DNA of 22,785 nucleotides from Crinalium sp. (GTDB lineage Bacteria; Cyanobacteriota; Cyanobacteriia; Cyanobacteriales; PCC-9333): NCBI GenBank assembly GCA_049646245.1, contig JBARVL010000638.1, positions 1 to 22,785 of the forward strand, read 5' to 3'. Shown piece by piece: positions 22,048 to 22,785 of this stretch (position 1 is its first letter; each line of letters starts with the position of its first letter). The notes under the pieces were generated by a model. It saw only the letters and a program-made list of their open reading frames with translations, ran no database searches and was not told where the DNA came from. The position numbers and the translations under genes were made by a program.

Positions 22048-22785
22048 ATGTTGAAATCTCAAAGCTTACCCTCTATTTTGTTGGCAACAACCCTGATTAC
22101 TGTTTCTTTAGCAACTTTTCCTATTCAAGCAACTACTACCCAAAATTCGGAAATTTTAAAAACTAAAAATCAAAATAAATCTTTGACTCTTTCATGGAGT
22201 AGCATTGCCAACATTTTCAGCCGTAAAAAAAGTAAAAAAGGTTCGCGCGGAGAAATTTGCCCGATCGCACCAGCCAAGCTAATTGACTCAATAGACTCTA
22301 ATTCTACTGAAGAAGAGATACAACAAGTTTGGAGCGATCGCCCTTTGTTCCTCTGGAAGGTTAAAAACGGAGTTGCAACGCAAGTTGAACTATTAATTCC
22401 AGGAGAAAATGAAGCATTTTGGCAGCGAGAGATTAAATCAGGAGAAACTCAGATTACCTATGATGGAGAACCTTTGCAACCAGGTCTGCTTTATCAATGG
22501 CGGTTGAGAGCTAAAACTCCGTACCCGAAAGTAAGAAGCGTAAATTTTCAAGTTATGGAACAACAACAGCGCGATCGCATCACCGCAGAATTGGCACAAC
22601 TAGAGGCGCAACTCAAGCAGAAAGCAGCATCGGCGGAAGTTATTGCTCTGGACAAAGCAAATTACTTTGTGGAAAAAGAATTATGGTCAGATGCACTACG
22701 GGAATTATATTCAGTGCCAACACCTTCGGCGGAATTAACTCAGGCAGTTGCACAGATTCAAAGTAATGATTTCTGCCAACGATAG
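22048..22785 (+). CDS. DUF928-like secreted protein
   Basis: A signal peptide is followed by SRGEICP and then PLFLWKV. Next come LQPGLLYQWRL and a C-terminal LAQLEAQL...KELWSDALRELY. This order matches my recollection of the cyanobacterial DUF928 architecture (RG..CP / PtF.W / L..G..Y.W / ..lWyDAL), a family that commonly neighbours CHAT-domain genes. The stop codon is at the window end. Confidence 0.6.
   Translation: MLKSQSLPSILLATTLITVSLATFPIQATTTQNSEILKTKNQNKSLTLSWSSIANIFSRKKSKKGSRGEICPIAPAKLIDSIDSNSTEEEIQQVWSDRPLFLWKVKNGVATQVELLIPGENEAFWQREIKSGETQITYDGEPLQPGLLYQWRLRAKTPYPKVRSVNFQVMEQQQRDRITAELAQLEAQLKQKAASAEVIALDKANYFVEKELWSDALRELYSVPTPSAELTQAVAQIQSNDFCQR

Overview
All calls below rest on motif recognition by eye and the supplied ORF track; no database search, HMM or folding program was run. 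The window looks like cyanobacterial (probably Nostocales-type) DNA. The HIP1 octamer GCGATCGC occurs about a dozen times, intergenic DNA is AT-rich, and G-rich GGGGACAAGGGGA-type repeats are present. I see five blocks. (1) 1-7.0 kb is a plus-strand run of membrane or secreted hypothetical proteins. It includes a 784-aa cell-wall hydrolase with a clear VanX/DdpX-type M15 D-Ala-D-Ala dipeptidase domain, a RusA-like resolvase, a Pro/Gln-rich membrane protein with an isolated Walker A motif, a tRNA-like element and an inverted-repeat element, so it looks mobile-element, conjugative or phage derived. (2) 7.3-13.0 kb is a minus-strand fatty-acyl tailoring operon. Its order is SAM methyltransferase, tiny coupled ORF, GNAT/N-acyl-amino-acid-synthase-like protein, fatty acyl-AMP ligase (FAAL), delta-9-type membrane desaturase, a decayed ORF remnant, then a carrier protein. 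It is visibly more AT-rich and I found no HIP1 site in it. (3) 13.3-15.2 kb holds a small secreted protein and a secreted CHAT-domain protein whose expected catalytic Cys is a Ser. (4) 15.8-20.9 kb is a plus-strand operon of an SbnA-like PLP enzyme, an SbnB-like dehydrogenase (the L-2,3-diaminopropionate pair), a heme-oxygenase-like diiron oxidase (HDO) and an LctP-family permease. It is bracketed by three copies of a ~45-bp direct repeat. (5) 21.2-22.8 kb holds a secreted hypothetical protein and a DUF928-like protein. The most interesting candidate for an undescribed system is the orphan Dap-HDO-permease operon. No NRPS, NIS synthetase or ATP-grasp enzyme is present to consume the Dap. It may cooperate with the divergent FAAL/ACP/desaturase/acyltransferase/methyltransferase operon to make an N-acyl or N-methyl diamino-acid metabolite.
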